From the NCBI GenBank assembly GCA_963662265.2, contig CAXXHA010000010.1:192001-256000 (forward strand): a stretch of DNA of 64,000 bases, read 5' to 3'. The DNA comes from Spirochaetia bacterium (lineage in GTDB: Bacteria; Spirochaetota; Spirochaetia; CADAEX01). Shown here piece by piece: positions 1 to 10,429 of the stretch. The notes under the pieces are model-generated. The model saw only the letters and a list, made by a program, of their open reading frames with translations, was not told the DNA's origin and did no database searches. Position 1 is the stretch's first letter. Every line of letters starts with the position of its first letter. A program made the position numbers and the translations under genes.

Positions 1-249
1 CTGATAATTCACAGGCTTGCAGTTCATCCGGATTTCCAGAACAGGGGAATTGCAAAATCAATGATGAATTTTGCCGAAATTTTTGCATCTGAAAACAAAT
101 ATTCAGCTATACGGTTTGATGCGTTTGAAAAAAATCACAAATCGGTAAATTTCTATGAAAAACTTGGATACAGTATCCCGGGAACTGTCAGGTTCAGGAA
201 AGGGATTTTCTGCTGTTTCGAAAAATTACTGAAACCTTCCGTCCTATAA
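1..249 (+). CDS. GNAT family N-acetyltransferase (5'-partial)
   Basis: Frame is open from base 1: LIIHRLAVHPDFQNRGIAKSMM (acetyl-CoA motif A) ... FYEKLGY. Confidence 0.85.
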   Translation: MIIHRLAVHPDFQNRGIAKSMMNFAEIFASENKYSAIRFDAFEKNHKSVNFYEKLGYSIPGTVRFRKGIFCCFEKLLKPSVL

Positions 250-411
250 AGGACAGTATCATTTGACAGATTGCTGTTAAAGATAATATCAACAATCCCT
301 TCAGTTAAGAATATGAGCGCTGGATTTTAACAGAAAAATCGGGGCCGGAAAATACAGAAATGCTTCTTTACAGAAAAATAAATAAACAGGCTCCTTAAGA
401 GATAATAAAAT

Positions 412-1416
412 TCACACAAGGACTGACATGAATATCATCAGATACAGGGGAAGAAGGACAATATACAGAATATATGTCACAAAAAGAATATAGGCTGTAA
501 GATCCTCATTTACACCGGCATTCATGGCCATTGTGGAAAAATTATTAGCCGGGGGAATGTGGAATTCAAGGAACAGAACAAATATTATAACCTTATCTAT
601 TCCCAATGGTTTCAGGATAAAAATACAGAAAAGAAAATAAATAACAGGAAGCAGCACATATCTTACAGCAATGACACCGACAAGAACAGTATTCATCTGC
701 CTCCTTACGGAATCATGGAGATGAATCCCTGCAATCATTGCTCCGAGAGTCACAAGAATCAGGGGGGCAAGGATTGTTCCCAGCTTTTCAATTGCGGTAT
801 AGATATAGAGAAGTGGCATTTCCGGATTAAAAACAATTTCCTGAAGGTGGAAAAGAGGAATTAAAAGCCCTGCAAGTATACCGCACACGGGGGGAGAAAT
901 AAAATTCCTGAGTGAAAAATCATGTCCCCTTTTGGTAATAAGGTTATTTCCAAGGGACCACAGAAGAGGACTGTAAAGAAAAATATAAATACCAATAAGG
1001 ATTACTGCCTTATCCAGGTCAAAGTACCTGGAAAAAACAGGAATTGTCATGGGAAATATTTCTATCAGGGAGATTGGAACATATCCTGAGTTGCCGAAAG
1101 CTCCCAGAGCTGTACCGGCTCTTTTTTCATTTGTCTTCAGGGGAAGAAATCTGAATACAGCAAATGCAAGCAGAAACGCTGCAGAAAAACTGACCAGGGC
1201 TGCAAGCGGCATGTATAGGGAATTTCTGAAAACATTCAGATCCGCCCTTCCCATCTTTGCAAAAAAATAAAGGGGAAGAGCAGCCTTTACAAGAAAAGCG
1301 CTTACTGATTTCTGAAACCCCTGATCTACCAGGCCAGCCTTTCTTGCAATAAAACCTATGCTCATGAGCACAAGAATCTGTATTGATGTATAAAATCCGG
1401 GAAGTATATATTCCAT
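412..1416 (-). CDS. AEC (auxin efflux carrier) family transporter
   Basis: 334 aa, about 10 TM segments, FGNSGYVP and PPANN motifs. Confidence 0.85.
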   Translation of the reverse strand: MEYILPGFYTSIQILVLMSIGFIARKAGLVDQGFQKSVSAFLVKAALPLYFFAKMGRADLNVFRNSLYMPLAALVSFSAAFLLAFAVFRFLPLKTNEKRAGTALGAFGNSGYVPISLIEIFPMTIPVFSRYFDLDKAVILIGIYIFLYSPLLWSLGNNLITKRGHDFSLRNFISPPVCGILAGLLIPLFHLQEIVFNPEMPLLYIYTAIEKLGTILAPLILVTLGAMIAGIHLHDSVRRQMNTVLVGVIAVRYVLLPVIYFLFCIFILKPLGIDKVIIFVLFLEFHIPPANNFSTMAMNAGVNEDLTAYILFVTYILYIVLLPLYLMIFMSVLV

Positions 1417-1612
1417 AACTTAAAGAAAGTATAATAATTAAACTCATGGAAGCAAAGGGAGAAATAAAGGATATAAAAAATATCTTTTAAAATGGCAGAA
1501 AATCTCTGATAATAAAACCGGGAAAAAGACCAGCAGACATGATATGATTTAACCCATATGAAAGAAAGTTAATGGAAACAATAAATAATTCAAAAAGGAG
1601 AACTTACAGGAA

Positions 1613-2464
1613 ATGTATGAATGCAGGAATTTAAGCAGTATTGATATTGAAATTATCCGATCCACATTTGAAGATGCTTTTTCAAACTATGAGGTAAAAG
1701 TAGAAATGCCCCTCGAAAAGCTGAAAGAGATGATGAAAACAAGGGACTACAGGGCAGAACTATCTTTCGGGTGTTTTGACGGGAAGGAACTGGTTGGTGT
1801 AAGCCTCACAGGATACAGGGAGATAAACAGGAAAAAATACTGCTATGATACCGGAACAGGTATAAGGGTGAAATACCAGAACAGGAAGATAGGCAGCCTT
1901 ATCATAAAAGAACTTATCAGTTACCTTAAATCATATGATATTGATTATTTCCAGCTGGAAGTACTTGTTAACAATCTGCCTGCGCAGAAAATATATCTGA
2001 ATAACGGTTTTGAAGTGACAAGAAAACTCAACTGCTATGAACTTTCAGGCAGAATAGCTGACATAGATACTTCGGGATACAGCTTTTCAGATTCCGCTGA
2101 TTATCTTGAAAAACTGGATGAAGAAAAATACTGTTCATATCAGCCATCATGGCAGAACTGCCTGACAGCATACTTCAACAGCAAAGATGTTCATGAAGTT
2201 TTCATAATTCCCGGAAAAAGAAATATTGCAGCCTATGCAATTGTACACAGGGTAAACGGATCTATTTTACAGCTGGGAGTTGAAGAATCAGAAAGAGACA
2301 ATGGACTCGAAAGAATCCTTCTCGGAAAAATACATTCTGTGCTTAAAAAAGAAAGGTATTCAGTATCAAACGTGGAAGATGAATCATATATGGACGGGAA
2401 ACTAAAGGAACTGGGATTTGTAAACAGTATCAGCCAGTATGAAATGATTCTGGAGATGAAATGA
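1613..2464 (+). CDS. GNAT family N-acetyltransferase (two-domain)
   Basis: GTGIRVKYQNRKIG, LEVLVNNLPAQKIYLNNGF; AGGAG upstream. Confidence 0.85.
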   Translation: MYECRNLSSIDIEIIRSTFEDAFSNYEVKVEMPLEKLKEMMKTRDYRAELSFGCFDGKELVGVSLTGYREINRKKYCYDTGTGIRVKYQNRKIGSLIIKELISYLKSYDIDYFQLEVLVNNLPAQKIYLNNGFEVTRKLNCYELSGRIADIDTSGYSFSDSADYLEKLDEEKYCSYQPSWQNCLTAYFNSKDVHEVFIIPGKRNIAAYAIVHRVNGSILQLGVEESERDNGLERILLGKIHSVLKKERYSVSNVEDESYMDGKLKELGFVNSISQYEMILEMK

Positions 2465-2577
2465 AACTAATGAAATGCAGCCGGGCAGACCTTGAAACAA
2501 TAATTGAAATTGGAAGAGAAACCTGCTATGACACGTTATATATTCAGAGGGATTATATCCTCAGAAAGGATCTGTAA
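2461..2577 (+). pseudogene. Internally deleted remnant of a PaiA-like GNAT (38 codons)
   Basis: ATGA-coupled ORF MKLMKCSRADLETIIEIGRETCYDTLYIQRDYILRKDL resembles the N- and C-termini of PaiA-type acetyltransferases (from memory). Confidence 0.55.
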
Positions 2578-2672
2578 CCAGGTATAATCAAAAACTCTGG
2601 AACCAGACAGGATATCAGAAAAAGAGTCCTGTTAAGCGATAAACAGTCTAAATAATAGAAAAGGAATACATA

Positions 2673-3158
2673 TTGGCAAAAATACTGATAAGCTCATGTC
2701 TCCTGGGCAGTAAAGTCCGCTACAACGGGACAGATATCAAACCGGATAATGAAATCCTTGAAAAAATAATAAGGGAAAATGAAATTATATCATTCTGCCC
2801 GGAAGTTTCAGCAGGCTTGCCGATTCCGCGCACACCAGCTGAAATAAGCAGCGGAGGGGGAGAAGATGTTATTTCAGGATCTTCTAAAGTAAAGGATAAA
2901 ACAGGGGCTGATGTTACAGAAGAATTCATACGAGGTGCGGAACTGGCGCTTGAGCTTTGCAGAAAGGAAAAAATCGAGCTGGCAGTCCTGGCGGAAAGAA
3001 GCCCTTCCTGCGGAAGCAGTCTCATATATGACGGGACTTTCTCCGGCAGACTGGTAAAGGGAAAAGGGGTAACCACAGCTCTCCTTGAAAAATCAGGGAT
3101 AAGAGTGTTCAGCCAGTTCAGTATTTCAGCATTGCAGGATTTTTTAGCCGATGATTAA
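2673..3158 (+). CDS. DUF523 / thiouracil desulfidase-like Fe-S protein
   Basis: SSCLLGxxVRY, CPEV, GLPIPR, SPSCG, GKGVT motifs; TTG start. Confidence 0.9.
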   Translation: MAKILISSCLLGSKVRYNGTDIKPDNEILEKIIRENEIISFCPEVSAGLPIPRTPAEISSGGGEDVISGSSKVKDKTGADVTEEFIRGAELALELCRKEKIELAVLAERSPSCGSSLIYDGTFSGRLVKGKGVTTALLEKSGIRVFSQFSISALQDFLADD

Positions 3159-3229
3159 GCATTATCATCATTTCTGTATATAATTATTATATAGAATTAA
3201 AGAAATATGATTTCCTTCAGGAAGGAAAA

Positions 3230-3751
3230 ATGAAGACTGATGTCGAGTTTCTCGAATACATGTGGCCTATGCGCCATTTTCTCATCACATGCGGAAATAT
3301 AGAAAGCAGGAAAAATATTACAGCTGTGAGTTTCTGCATGCCGGTATCAAAGAAGCCGGCGCAAATTGCAATTGCAATCACGAAAGACTCATATTCCTAT
3401 GAGCTTATAACCGAGAGCAGGGAGTTTGCAGTAAATATTCCTCTTCAGGACTTTTCATCACAGATTTATTACTGCGGTTTTCATTCAGGGAGAGATGTGG
3501 ATAAATTCGAAGAGACAGGGTTTTCAGCAGTAAAAGCAAAAAAAATACATTCTCCTGTAATTGGGGAATGTATCGCGCATATGGAATGCAGATATGCGGG
3601 CAGGAAAAAGACAGGGGACAAGGTTCTGATTATAGGAGATGTCGTTGAAGCATATGCAGATAAATCCTTCTCTGCCGGGCTGAAATTCACAGATTACGCA
3701 TTCGGGGATTTTCCCAGAAAAATATACAGCACCCGTTTCGGCAAAAACTGA
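3230..3751 (+). CDS. Flavin reductase family protein
   Basis: EFAVNIP, CGxxSGRDVDKF, SPVIGECIAHMEC. Confidence 0.9.
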   Translation: MKTDVEFLEYMWPMRHFLITCGNIESRKNITAVSFCMPVSKKPAQIAIAITKDSYSYELITESREFAVNIPLQDFSSQIYYCGFHSGRDVDKFEETGFSAVKAKKIHSPVIGECIAHMECRYAGRKKTGDKVLIIGDVVEAYADKSFSAGLKFTDYAFGDFPRKIYSTRFGKN

Positions 3752-3824
3752 CCGAAGATATTTTATAACAGAACTTTCTCACACATGAGTAGCAACATAA
3801 AAGTAACGAGAAATAATAACAGTT

Positions 3825-4040
3825 TTACAGTTTTTCAAACTTCTTATTCATACTCTCTCTCGACCTGGCTGTTTTGCAGTTTTCGCAGAAAAAACTGACA
3901 GAACCACAGCTCTCAACCTGTACCGGAGTACTGCCGCATACCTCGCAGCTGAATAGGACTTTCCACCTTACCCCGCATTCCCCGCACCGGTAGGAGCTCC
4001 CTGCCCCGTTGAGTTTTCCGCCGCAATCAGGACAATTCAT
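3825..4040 (-). CDS. Small zinc-ribbon protein (YfgJ-like)
   Basis: Four CxxC pairs plus CGSVSFFC; GGGGAAG upstream. Confidence 0.7.
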   Translation of the reverse strand: MNCPDCGGKLNGAGSSYRCGECGVRWKVLFSCEVCGSTPVQVESCGSVSFFCENCKTARSRESMNKKFEKL

Positions 4041-4102
4041 AATTCTTCCCCCTGTTCACTGAAAATAGATCAGATACATCTTAAATATAATAATATTCAC
4101 AG

Positions 4103-5011
4103 CTAATTTGCAAAATTATCTGAAAGAGTCAGCAGAGCCTTAAGCGCGGGGGAAATCCATTTATCCTTGTGATACAGGACCTGGGAATAGATTGAAAGCT
4201 CAGCATCAGGAGTATCAAAGCTGACAAGGACCTTACTTTCTATCTCCTTCCTTACAGTTGTTTCGGGAAGGAACGAGATGCCGTGCCCGCTTTTAACAAA
4301 ATGCTTTATTGCTTCTATACTTTCAAAATCAAGGTGTGATTTATACTTAATCTTTTTTTCGTCAAGATACCTGTCGAAAAGCTCCCTGTATTTGCTCCTC
4401 TGCGGTGTGAGAATAAGAGTCTGGTCTTTGAAGTCTTCGGGGGAAAGCTCATGTTTATCAGCAATACGGCTTCCCCCCCCTGCAACAATTACGAGTTTTT
4501 CCTCGGAAAGTATATGTGTAACAAGGTTCGGGTAATCTGTTTCATCATCAAGAACAAATGCAATATCTATAACACTGCTGTTGAGCCAGTCAGGGAAATC
4601 ATAGCAGCTTCCCATTTTAAGATTCAGCTCAACATCGGGATAGAGATTATTATACTGCATCAGAAGGTCGGGGAGCTTGTAAAAACACTGCGATTCTGTC
4701 ATTCCCACTTTAAGAACCCCCTTTACAGTATCCTTATCAGAGGATGACATTGCAGTCTCAGCCTCGCTGCACAGGTTCAGGATTCGTGATGAATATTCAA
4801 GAAGTTTTCTCCCGTCATGAGTAAGTTCAATCCTGTTTCCTATCCTCTCAAAAAGCACTGTATCAAGATCTGCTTCAAGCTTCCTGATCTGGTCGGAAAT
4901 ACTTGACTGGGAATAATTAAGCTCTTCTGAAGCTGCGGTGAAACTGTTAAGAGCTGCAACTGTATTGAAAGATTTAAGAAGTCTGATTTCCATGATTTCC
5001 CCCTGTACCAT
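4103..5011 (-). CDS. LysR family transcriptional regulator (probable start MEIRLL)
   Basis: SFTAASEELNYSQSSISDQIRKLE HTH; divergent from the DMT gene. Confidence 0.95.
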   Translation of the reverse strand: MVQGEIMEIRLLKSFNTVAALNSFTAASEELNYSQSSISDQIRKLEADLDTVLFERIGNRIELTHDGRKLLEYSSRILNLCSEAETAMSSSDKDTVKGVLKVGMTESQCFYKLPDLLMQYNNLYPDVELNLKMGSCYDFPDWLNSSVIDIAFVLDDETDYPNLVTHILSEEKLVIVAGGGSRIADKHELSPEDFKDQTLILTPQRSKYRELFDRYLDEKKIKYKSHLDFESIEAIKHFVKSGHGISFLPETTVRKEIESKVLVSFDTPDAELSIYSQVLYHKDKWISPALKALLTLSDNFAN

Positions 5012-5045
5012 ATTCAGTTATCCTGTTCTGAAAACAAGCATAGTC

Positions 5046-5060
5046 ATCGATTATTCCGAT
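5046..5060. promoter_or_regulatory. LysR recognition site ATCG-N7-CGAT (T-N11-A)
   Basis: atcgattattccgat palindrome in the divergent lysR/DMT intergenic region. Confidence 0.6.
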
Positions 5061-5187
5061 AGCTTCTATCTAAACTATCCGTTTTACTGTTTCAACTCCT
5101 CATGATAGCATGGAAACCGGCCAGAATGATCATTCTTTTTTTCGAAGGGCAGCTTTAATTGCTCATGTATGAATATTAATTGACTAA

Positions 5188-6129
5188 TTGTTGACGGAGA
5201 ACGGAATGACATATTTATGGATACTGATGACTGTATTTTTCTGGGGGACATCTTTTGCCGCATCCAAGGCAGGGATGGGAAGCCTCAATCCACTTCACTT
5301 TTTGTTTTTGAGGCTGCTGTTTTCAGCTGTTATTTTTACAGCAGTCCTGATACTGATGCCTGAATCAAAAAGAAAAATTCAGAAGGAAGATATTCCCAGG
5401 CTTTTTTTCCTGAGCCTGATAGGAATAAGCGGCTACTTTACAATACAGTACACAGCACTGACAATTACAACGACAGTCAATGCATCCCTTATAATCGGGA
5501 TGTCGCCTGTATTTATTGCCCTTTATATGCATTTCTCAGGAAAGGAATATTTAAGAAAAATTCAGGCAGCAGGAATAGCATTGAGTTTTGCAGGAATTAT
5601 CCTGGTTATTACAGGGGGAAATCCTGCAGGTATAGTTGCAGCAGGTCATTTTTCAGGAGACATGCTGATGATTCTCAATGCTGTAATGCTTGCAGTCTTT
5701 ACTGTAAGCGCAAGTGATATGGTAAAAAAATACAACCCCTTCACTGTAGTCGCAGTTATAAACATTATAGCGCTGTTTATTCTCATGCCTGTTATCTTAA
5801 CTGATAATCCGTTTTCTGAAGTTTCAATACTTCACATCATCAACAAAATTGAACTTAAAACCTGCCTTGCAGCTCTATACCTTGCAGTATTCTGCACAAT
5901 AATAGGGTATTACGGATGGTACAGGGGAATCAGAAACATAGGGGCGGCAAAAACATCTGTGTTCAACTACATGAATCCCCTTGTTGCAGCGGTTGTTTCG
6001 CATTTTGTCTTCAATGAAAAATTTTCAGTCTACACAGCAGCGGGAACAGCCCTTGTTCTTACAGGGGTCTTCATGGGAAGCAGCATAAGCAGCGTCCTGA
6101 AAAAAGGCCACGCAGTAGAAAAAACATGA
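5188..6129 (+). CDS. DMT/EamA family transporter (probable start ATG 5206)
   Basis: FWGTSF, 10 TM segments with duplicated EamA pattern, YMNPLVA. Confidence 0.92.
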   Translation: MLTENGMTYLWILMTVFFWGTSFAASKAGMGSLNPLHFLFLRLLFSAVIFTAVLILMPESKRKIQKEDIPRLFFLSLIGISGYFTIQYTALTITTTVNASLIIGMSPVFIALYMHFSGKEYLRKIQAAGIALSFAGIILVITGGNPAGIVAAGHFSGDMLMILNAVMLAVFTVSASDMVKKYNPFTVVAVINIIALFILMPVILTDNPFSEVSILHIINKIELKTCLAALYLAVFCTIIGYYGWYRGIRNIGAAKTSVFNYMNPLVAAVVSHFVFNEKFSVYTAAGTALVLTGVFMGSSISSVLKKGHAVEKT

Positions 6130-6322
6130 ATATGATCTATGGTGAACATGGGTTTACCGGGATTGCCTGAGTAACCGGGGTTGCTGGTGTTGCAGGTATT
6201 ACCGGAGTTTCCCGATTCTATCAGGCAAAACAGGGAAGCTGTGAAAAACTCATAATAAATAAGCCCCCGGAATTTGATTTTGAAGCTGTCATTTCCTATG
6301 ATTTATTAGCAGGGGGAAATCT

Positions 6323-7102
6323 ATGAATAAAACAGCTCTGATAACAGGGGCAAGCAGCGGCATAGGAAAGGAATTTGCACGTATTCATGCAGAACACGGC
6401 GGAGACCTTGTTATTGTAGCAAGAAGCTATGATAAACTCAATTCACTGAAGGCGGAACTTGAACAGGCCCATAATATAAAAGTAACAGTAATTGACAAGG
6501 ACCTCATAAAACCGGGAGCTGCAGAGGAAGTCTATAATAAAGTTAAAAAATCGGGAATTGAAATCGATTACCTGATTAATAATGCAGGCTTCGGAGGATG
6601 GGGGAAATTTCATGAAAGGGAATGGGAAAAAGACAGGGCAATGATTGACCTGAATATTACTGCTCTTACGGCCCTAACAAGATTCTTCCTCCCCGATTTT
6701 GTAAAACGAAACAGCGGAAAAATACTCAATGTATCATCAACTGCAAGCCTGATGCCAGGACCTCTTCAGGCTGTTTATTATGCCACAAAGGCATATGTTT
6801 CCTATTTCAGCAATGCAATTGCCGAGGAATTAAGCGACACTGAAATAACTGTAACAGCACTTCTCCCCGGGGCAACAGATACCGGCTTTGCATCAGTTTC
6901 CGGAATGGAGAAAACACCACTCTTTGCAAAAACAACCTCTCCCAGGGTAGTTGCAGAGGACGGGTATAAAGGGATGCTGAAAGGGAAGCTTAATGTTATT
7001 TCAGGATTGACCTTTTCCCAGAAAATCCTGACATCAATAATACCTTTTATGCCCAGGAAAATAGTTCTCAAGCAGATTCATGAAATGCAGAAAATAAAAT
7101 AA
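6323..7102 (+). CDS. SDR family oxidoreductase
   Basis: TGASSGIG, NNAG, YYATK (YxxxK). Confidence 0.95.
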   Translation: MNKTALITGASSGIGKEFARIHAEHGGDLVIVARSYDKLNSLKAELEQAHNIKVTVIDKDLIKPGAAEEVYNKVKKSGIEIDYLINNAGFGGWGKFHEREWEKDRAMIDLNITALTALTRFFLPDFVKRNSGKILNVSSTASLMPGPLQAVYYATKAYVSYFSNAIAEELSDTEITVTALLPGATDTGFASVSGMEKTPLFAKTTSPRVVAEDGYKGMLKGKLNVISGLTFSQKILTSIIPFMPRKIVLKQIHEMQKIK

Positions 7103-7123
7103 GGACACAGGAAGGATAATAAA

Positions 7124-8095
7124 TTGAAAGCATTCATATATGATAAATACGGCTCCCCCGATGTCATGAAACTGGCAGATATTCCGGAACCTGTGCCGGG
7201 AGAAGGTGAAGTTATTGTAAAGACAGAGTATGTTTCGCTCAATACTTCCGATTATGAACTTCTAACAGGAAAGCCTCTTTTTACCAGGTTATTCGGACTT
7301 TTCAGACCGAAGAACAGAATACTAGGAACAGATATTGCGGGAACAGTGAAAGCTGCCGGTAAAAATGCTGTGAAATTTTCACCCGGCGACAGGGTTTTCG
7401 GAGATATATTTGAGAACTTCGGAGGATTTGCAGAATATGTATCTGTCCCTGAAAAACTGCTTACAGAAATACCTGGAGAAATATCCTTCAAAACAGCCTC
7501 TGCAATACCGCAGGCAGCAGAAATTGCTTTTCAGGGAGTATTCTACAGAGGAAGTATCAGGAAAGGGGAGAAAATTCTAATCAACGGAGCAGGGGGAGGA
7601 TCAGGGTCCTTTGCAGTCCAGATAGCAAAACATTTCAAGGCCGACGTGACAGGGGTCGACAGCCCGGAAAAGCAGGATTTCATACTCTCGCTTGGAGCTG
7701 ACAGGGCAATTGACTATAAAACTGAAGATTTTACAAGTTCAGGTGAATCCTATGACCTGATACTTGATCTTGCGGCCTATCACCCTGTCGCAGATTATAA
7801 GAGAGTTCTCGCTAAAAAGGGTATTTACTGGATGGTTGGGGGATCAATGTCAGTTATATTACAGCTCCTCTTTTTCTCCCCCTTTATATCACTTTTCAGC
7901 GGGAAAAAAATGGGAATCCTTGCACTGAAAACCAACAGCAATATAGAAAAACGGCTGTCCATGGTAAAAGAAGGGATAATAACACCGGCAATTGACAGGG
8001 AATACAGCTTTCATGAAATACCTGAAGCACTCAGGTATCTCGGGGATGGTCATGCGAAGGGAAAAATAGTCATAAAAATAACAGGCAGCAGGTGA
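7124..8095 (+). CDS. NAD(P)-dependent MDR oxidoreductase (quinone reductase-like)
   Basis: GTDIAGTV, INGAGGGSG, GHAKGKIVI; TTG start. Confidence 0.92.
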   Translation: MKAFIYDKYGSPDVMKLADIPEPVPGEGEVIVKTEYVSLNTSDYELLTGKPLFTRLFGLFRPKNRILGTDIAGTVKAAGKNAVKFSPGDRVFGDIFENFGGFAEYVSVPEKLLTEIPGEISFKTASAIPQAAEIAFQGVFYRGSIRKGEKILINGAGGGSGSFAVQIAKHFKADVTGVDSPEKQDFILSLGADRAIDYKTEDFTSSGESYDLILDLAAYHPVADYKRVLAKKGIYWMVGGSMSVILQLLFFSPFISLFSGKKMGILALKTNSNIEKRLSMVKEGIITPAIDREYSFHEIPEALRYLGDGHAKGKIVIKITGSR

Positions 8096-8214
8096 TAATT
8101 TAAGAAGGAATAATAAATATTTTTTTTACACAGGCAAAGACTTCATGCAGGGAAGTACCTGACAGAAATATATAAGCGATGTACAAGTGTCTTTAACGTT
8201 ACAGGAGATAAATT

Positions 8215-9180
8215 ATGAAAGCAGTTTATAACAAGAAATACGGAAAGCCTGAGACTCTCCGGATAAGGGAGATTGAAAAACCTGTCCCGGCCGATAATGA
8301 AATTCTTGTAAAAGTGCATGCTGCAACAGTTAACAGGACAGACTGCGCAGCAATCATCGCCCATCCTTTTTTCATGCGGCTTGCAACAGGTTTGCTGAAG
8401 CCGAAAAATCCGGTGCCCGGAACTGACTTTGCAGGAACTGTTGAAGAAACAGGGAAGTCTGTCAAAGCCTTCAGCAGGGGCGACAGGGTTTTCGGCTTCA
8501 ATGACATGGGGACCTCTTCACATGCTGAATATCTGGTAATCGGGTCAGATCAGGCAGTGGATAAAATACCTGACAACAGCTCCTTTGAGGAGGCTGTATC
8601 AAGCTGTGAAGGGGCACATTATGCCATCAACTTCATCAATAAAGTTGACCTTAAAAAAGGGGATAAAGTACTTGTATACGGAGCAACCGGGGCCATAGGA
8701 TCGGCTGCTGTACAGCTTCTGAAGCATAAAGGGGCAGATATAACAGCTGTATGCGGAACCAAAAACATTGACCTGATCAGATCACTGGGAATTGACAGAG
8801 TCATTGATTACCAGAGGGAGGATTTTACAAAAGACAGCGCAAGATACAAATATGCTTTTGATACAGTGGGGAAAAGCTCTTTTTTTATCTGCAGAAAAGT
8901 ACTCGAACCGGGCGGGATCTATATATCATCAGAACTCGGTAAATTCTCACAGAATATTTTCCTGGCGCTTTTCAGCCCCCTTTTCAGAAAAAGAGTGGTT
9001 AAATTCCCCTACCCCTATGATCTCAAGGGGACTGTTGTCTACATGAAAGACCTTCTCGAAAAAAAGCTTTTCAGGCCTCTGATAGACAGGGAATACAGAC
9101 TTGAACAGGCTGTTGAAGCATATAAATATGCGGGATCAGGTGAAAAAACAGGGAATGTACTGCTAAAGATGAACCAATGA
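8215..9180 (+). CDS. NAD(P)-dependent MDR oxidoreductase, second paralog
   Basis: GTDFAGTV, YGATGAIG, GEKTGNV. Confidence 0.92.
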   Translation: MKAVYNKKYGKPETLRIREIEKPVPADNEILVKVHAATVNRTDCAAIIAHPFFMRLATGLLKPKNPVPGTDFAGTVEETGKSVKAFSRGDRVFGFNDMGTSSHAEYLVIGSDQAVDKIPDNSSFEEAVSSCEGAHYAINFINKVDLKKGDKVLVYGATGAIGSAAVQLLKHKGADITAVCGTKNIDLIRSLGIDRVIDYQREDFTKDSARYKYAFDTVGKSSFFICRKVLEPGGIYISSELGKFSQNIFLALFSPLFRKRVVKFPYPYDLKGTVVYMKDLLEKKLFRPLIDREYRLEQAVEAYKYAGSGEKTGNVLLKMNQ

Positions 9181-9269
9181 GCATTAAATTCCCTGAAAAT
9201 CAGTATATTTATTACTATGAGTTTTTACTCAGAGGAAAAGTCATAGTAATATATATCTGAGGAGATAAA

Positions 9270-10160
9270 ATGTCAGATTTAAAAATTATCAGAAAAAATA
9301 TCAAAAATCTTGAAAAAGACAACAGGAAAGAGGAAGCGGAAAAAGATCTGCTTAAAACAGGAAAACCTGCAATAACATATCTCATCGAATCATTGATAAC
9401 AAAGGACAGGGGAAATGAGGCAAAATTGAATCTCCTTGAAAAGCTTATACTGAACCACGGAGATGAAACAGCATTACTGAAGTTCAGTGAACATGCAGAA
9501 AAGAAAAAGTTCCATTCCCGTATTGCATGGGTTATCTGGAGAATCAGGATGAAATCCGGGAAGAATATTCTCATAAATATCCTGAAAGGAAAAGACAAGC
9601 ATTTTGCCTTAACAGCTTTAACCGATTGGCAGATTCCTGTCGATTTCAGCATAATAACTGATTTGTTGAATTCTCCATCAACAAGAAACACTGCACTTAA
9701 GGCTCTTTCATACCATGACACTGAAGAATCAAGAAATATTGCAATGAATTTTATTACAGATGAATATGAATCAACAAGAGAAGCTGCTTATTACGCTCTC
9801 GGTAAAATCGGGACAAAAGAGACTCTTTATAAATTTATCAGTCACAGGGAACCGGACAACAGTTATTTTAAAAATGCTGTTAAATCTCTGACCGACAGAT
9901 ATGCCGGCAAAAATATTGAAAAAGAAATAAGGCAGCTTGAAAAAATAGGCAGTTCAGAGGGATTTTTATCTCTTCAGCCGGGCGGAAGTTTTAATGAAAA
10001 CAGCAGAAACATTGAAGCTGTTAAAATCGGCCAGTCCCTGAATAACCAGGCAGGAAAAGAGGGGATGGAAATTGCAGCTTTAAGAATTTCAATTTCACTC
10101 GGAACAACAGCAGGAAGAGAACTTGAAGCAGCATGGAAGGGCATAGGCTCCTGGCTTTAA
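9270..10160 (+). CDS. HEAT-repeat protein
   Basis: TRNTALKALS and TREAAYYALGKIG repeats; GGAG RBS. Confidence 0.7.
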   Translation: MSDLKIIRKNIKNLEKDNRKEEAEKDLLKTGKPAITYLIESLITKDRGNEAKLNLLEKLILNHGDETALLKFSEHAEKKKFHSRIAWVIWRIRMKSGKNILINILKGKDKHFALTALTDWQIPVDFSIITDLLNSPSTRNTALKALSYHDTEESRNIAMNFITDEYESTREAAYYALGKIGTKETLYKFISHREPDNSYFKNAVKSLTDRYAGKNIEKEIRQLEKIGSSEGFLSLQPGGSFNENSRNIEAVKIGQSLNNQAGKEGMEIAALRISISLGTTAGRELEAAWKGIGSWL

Positions 10161-10429
10161 CAGGTGGCTGAAAAACAATATCAATACTGAACATTTTTTT
10201 AAGAAATGCTATTCACATATATCGCTTTGTAGGATAATCTGAACATATAGGTGAAAATATTAAACAGGACGAATATCCGGTCCTGGTTTCCAGGAATATT
10301 ATAAAAATAATTCATTCAGTTAATCAGGAAAAATGAATTGATGATGCGCAATAAGCATTAAATTAAAATATTCAGATAAAAACCAGTTACCGGGAATTCG
10401 GCCTGAAATAATTCAATCAGGGGGAAAAT

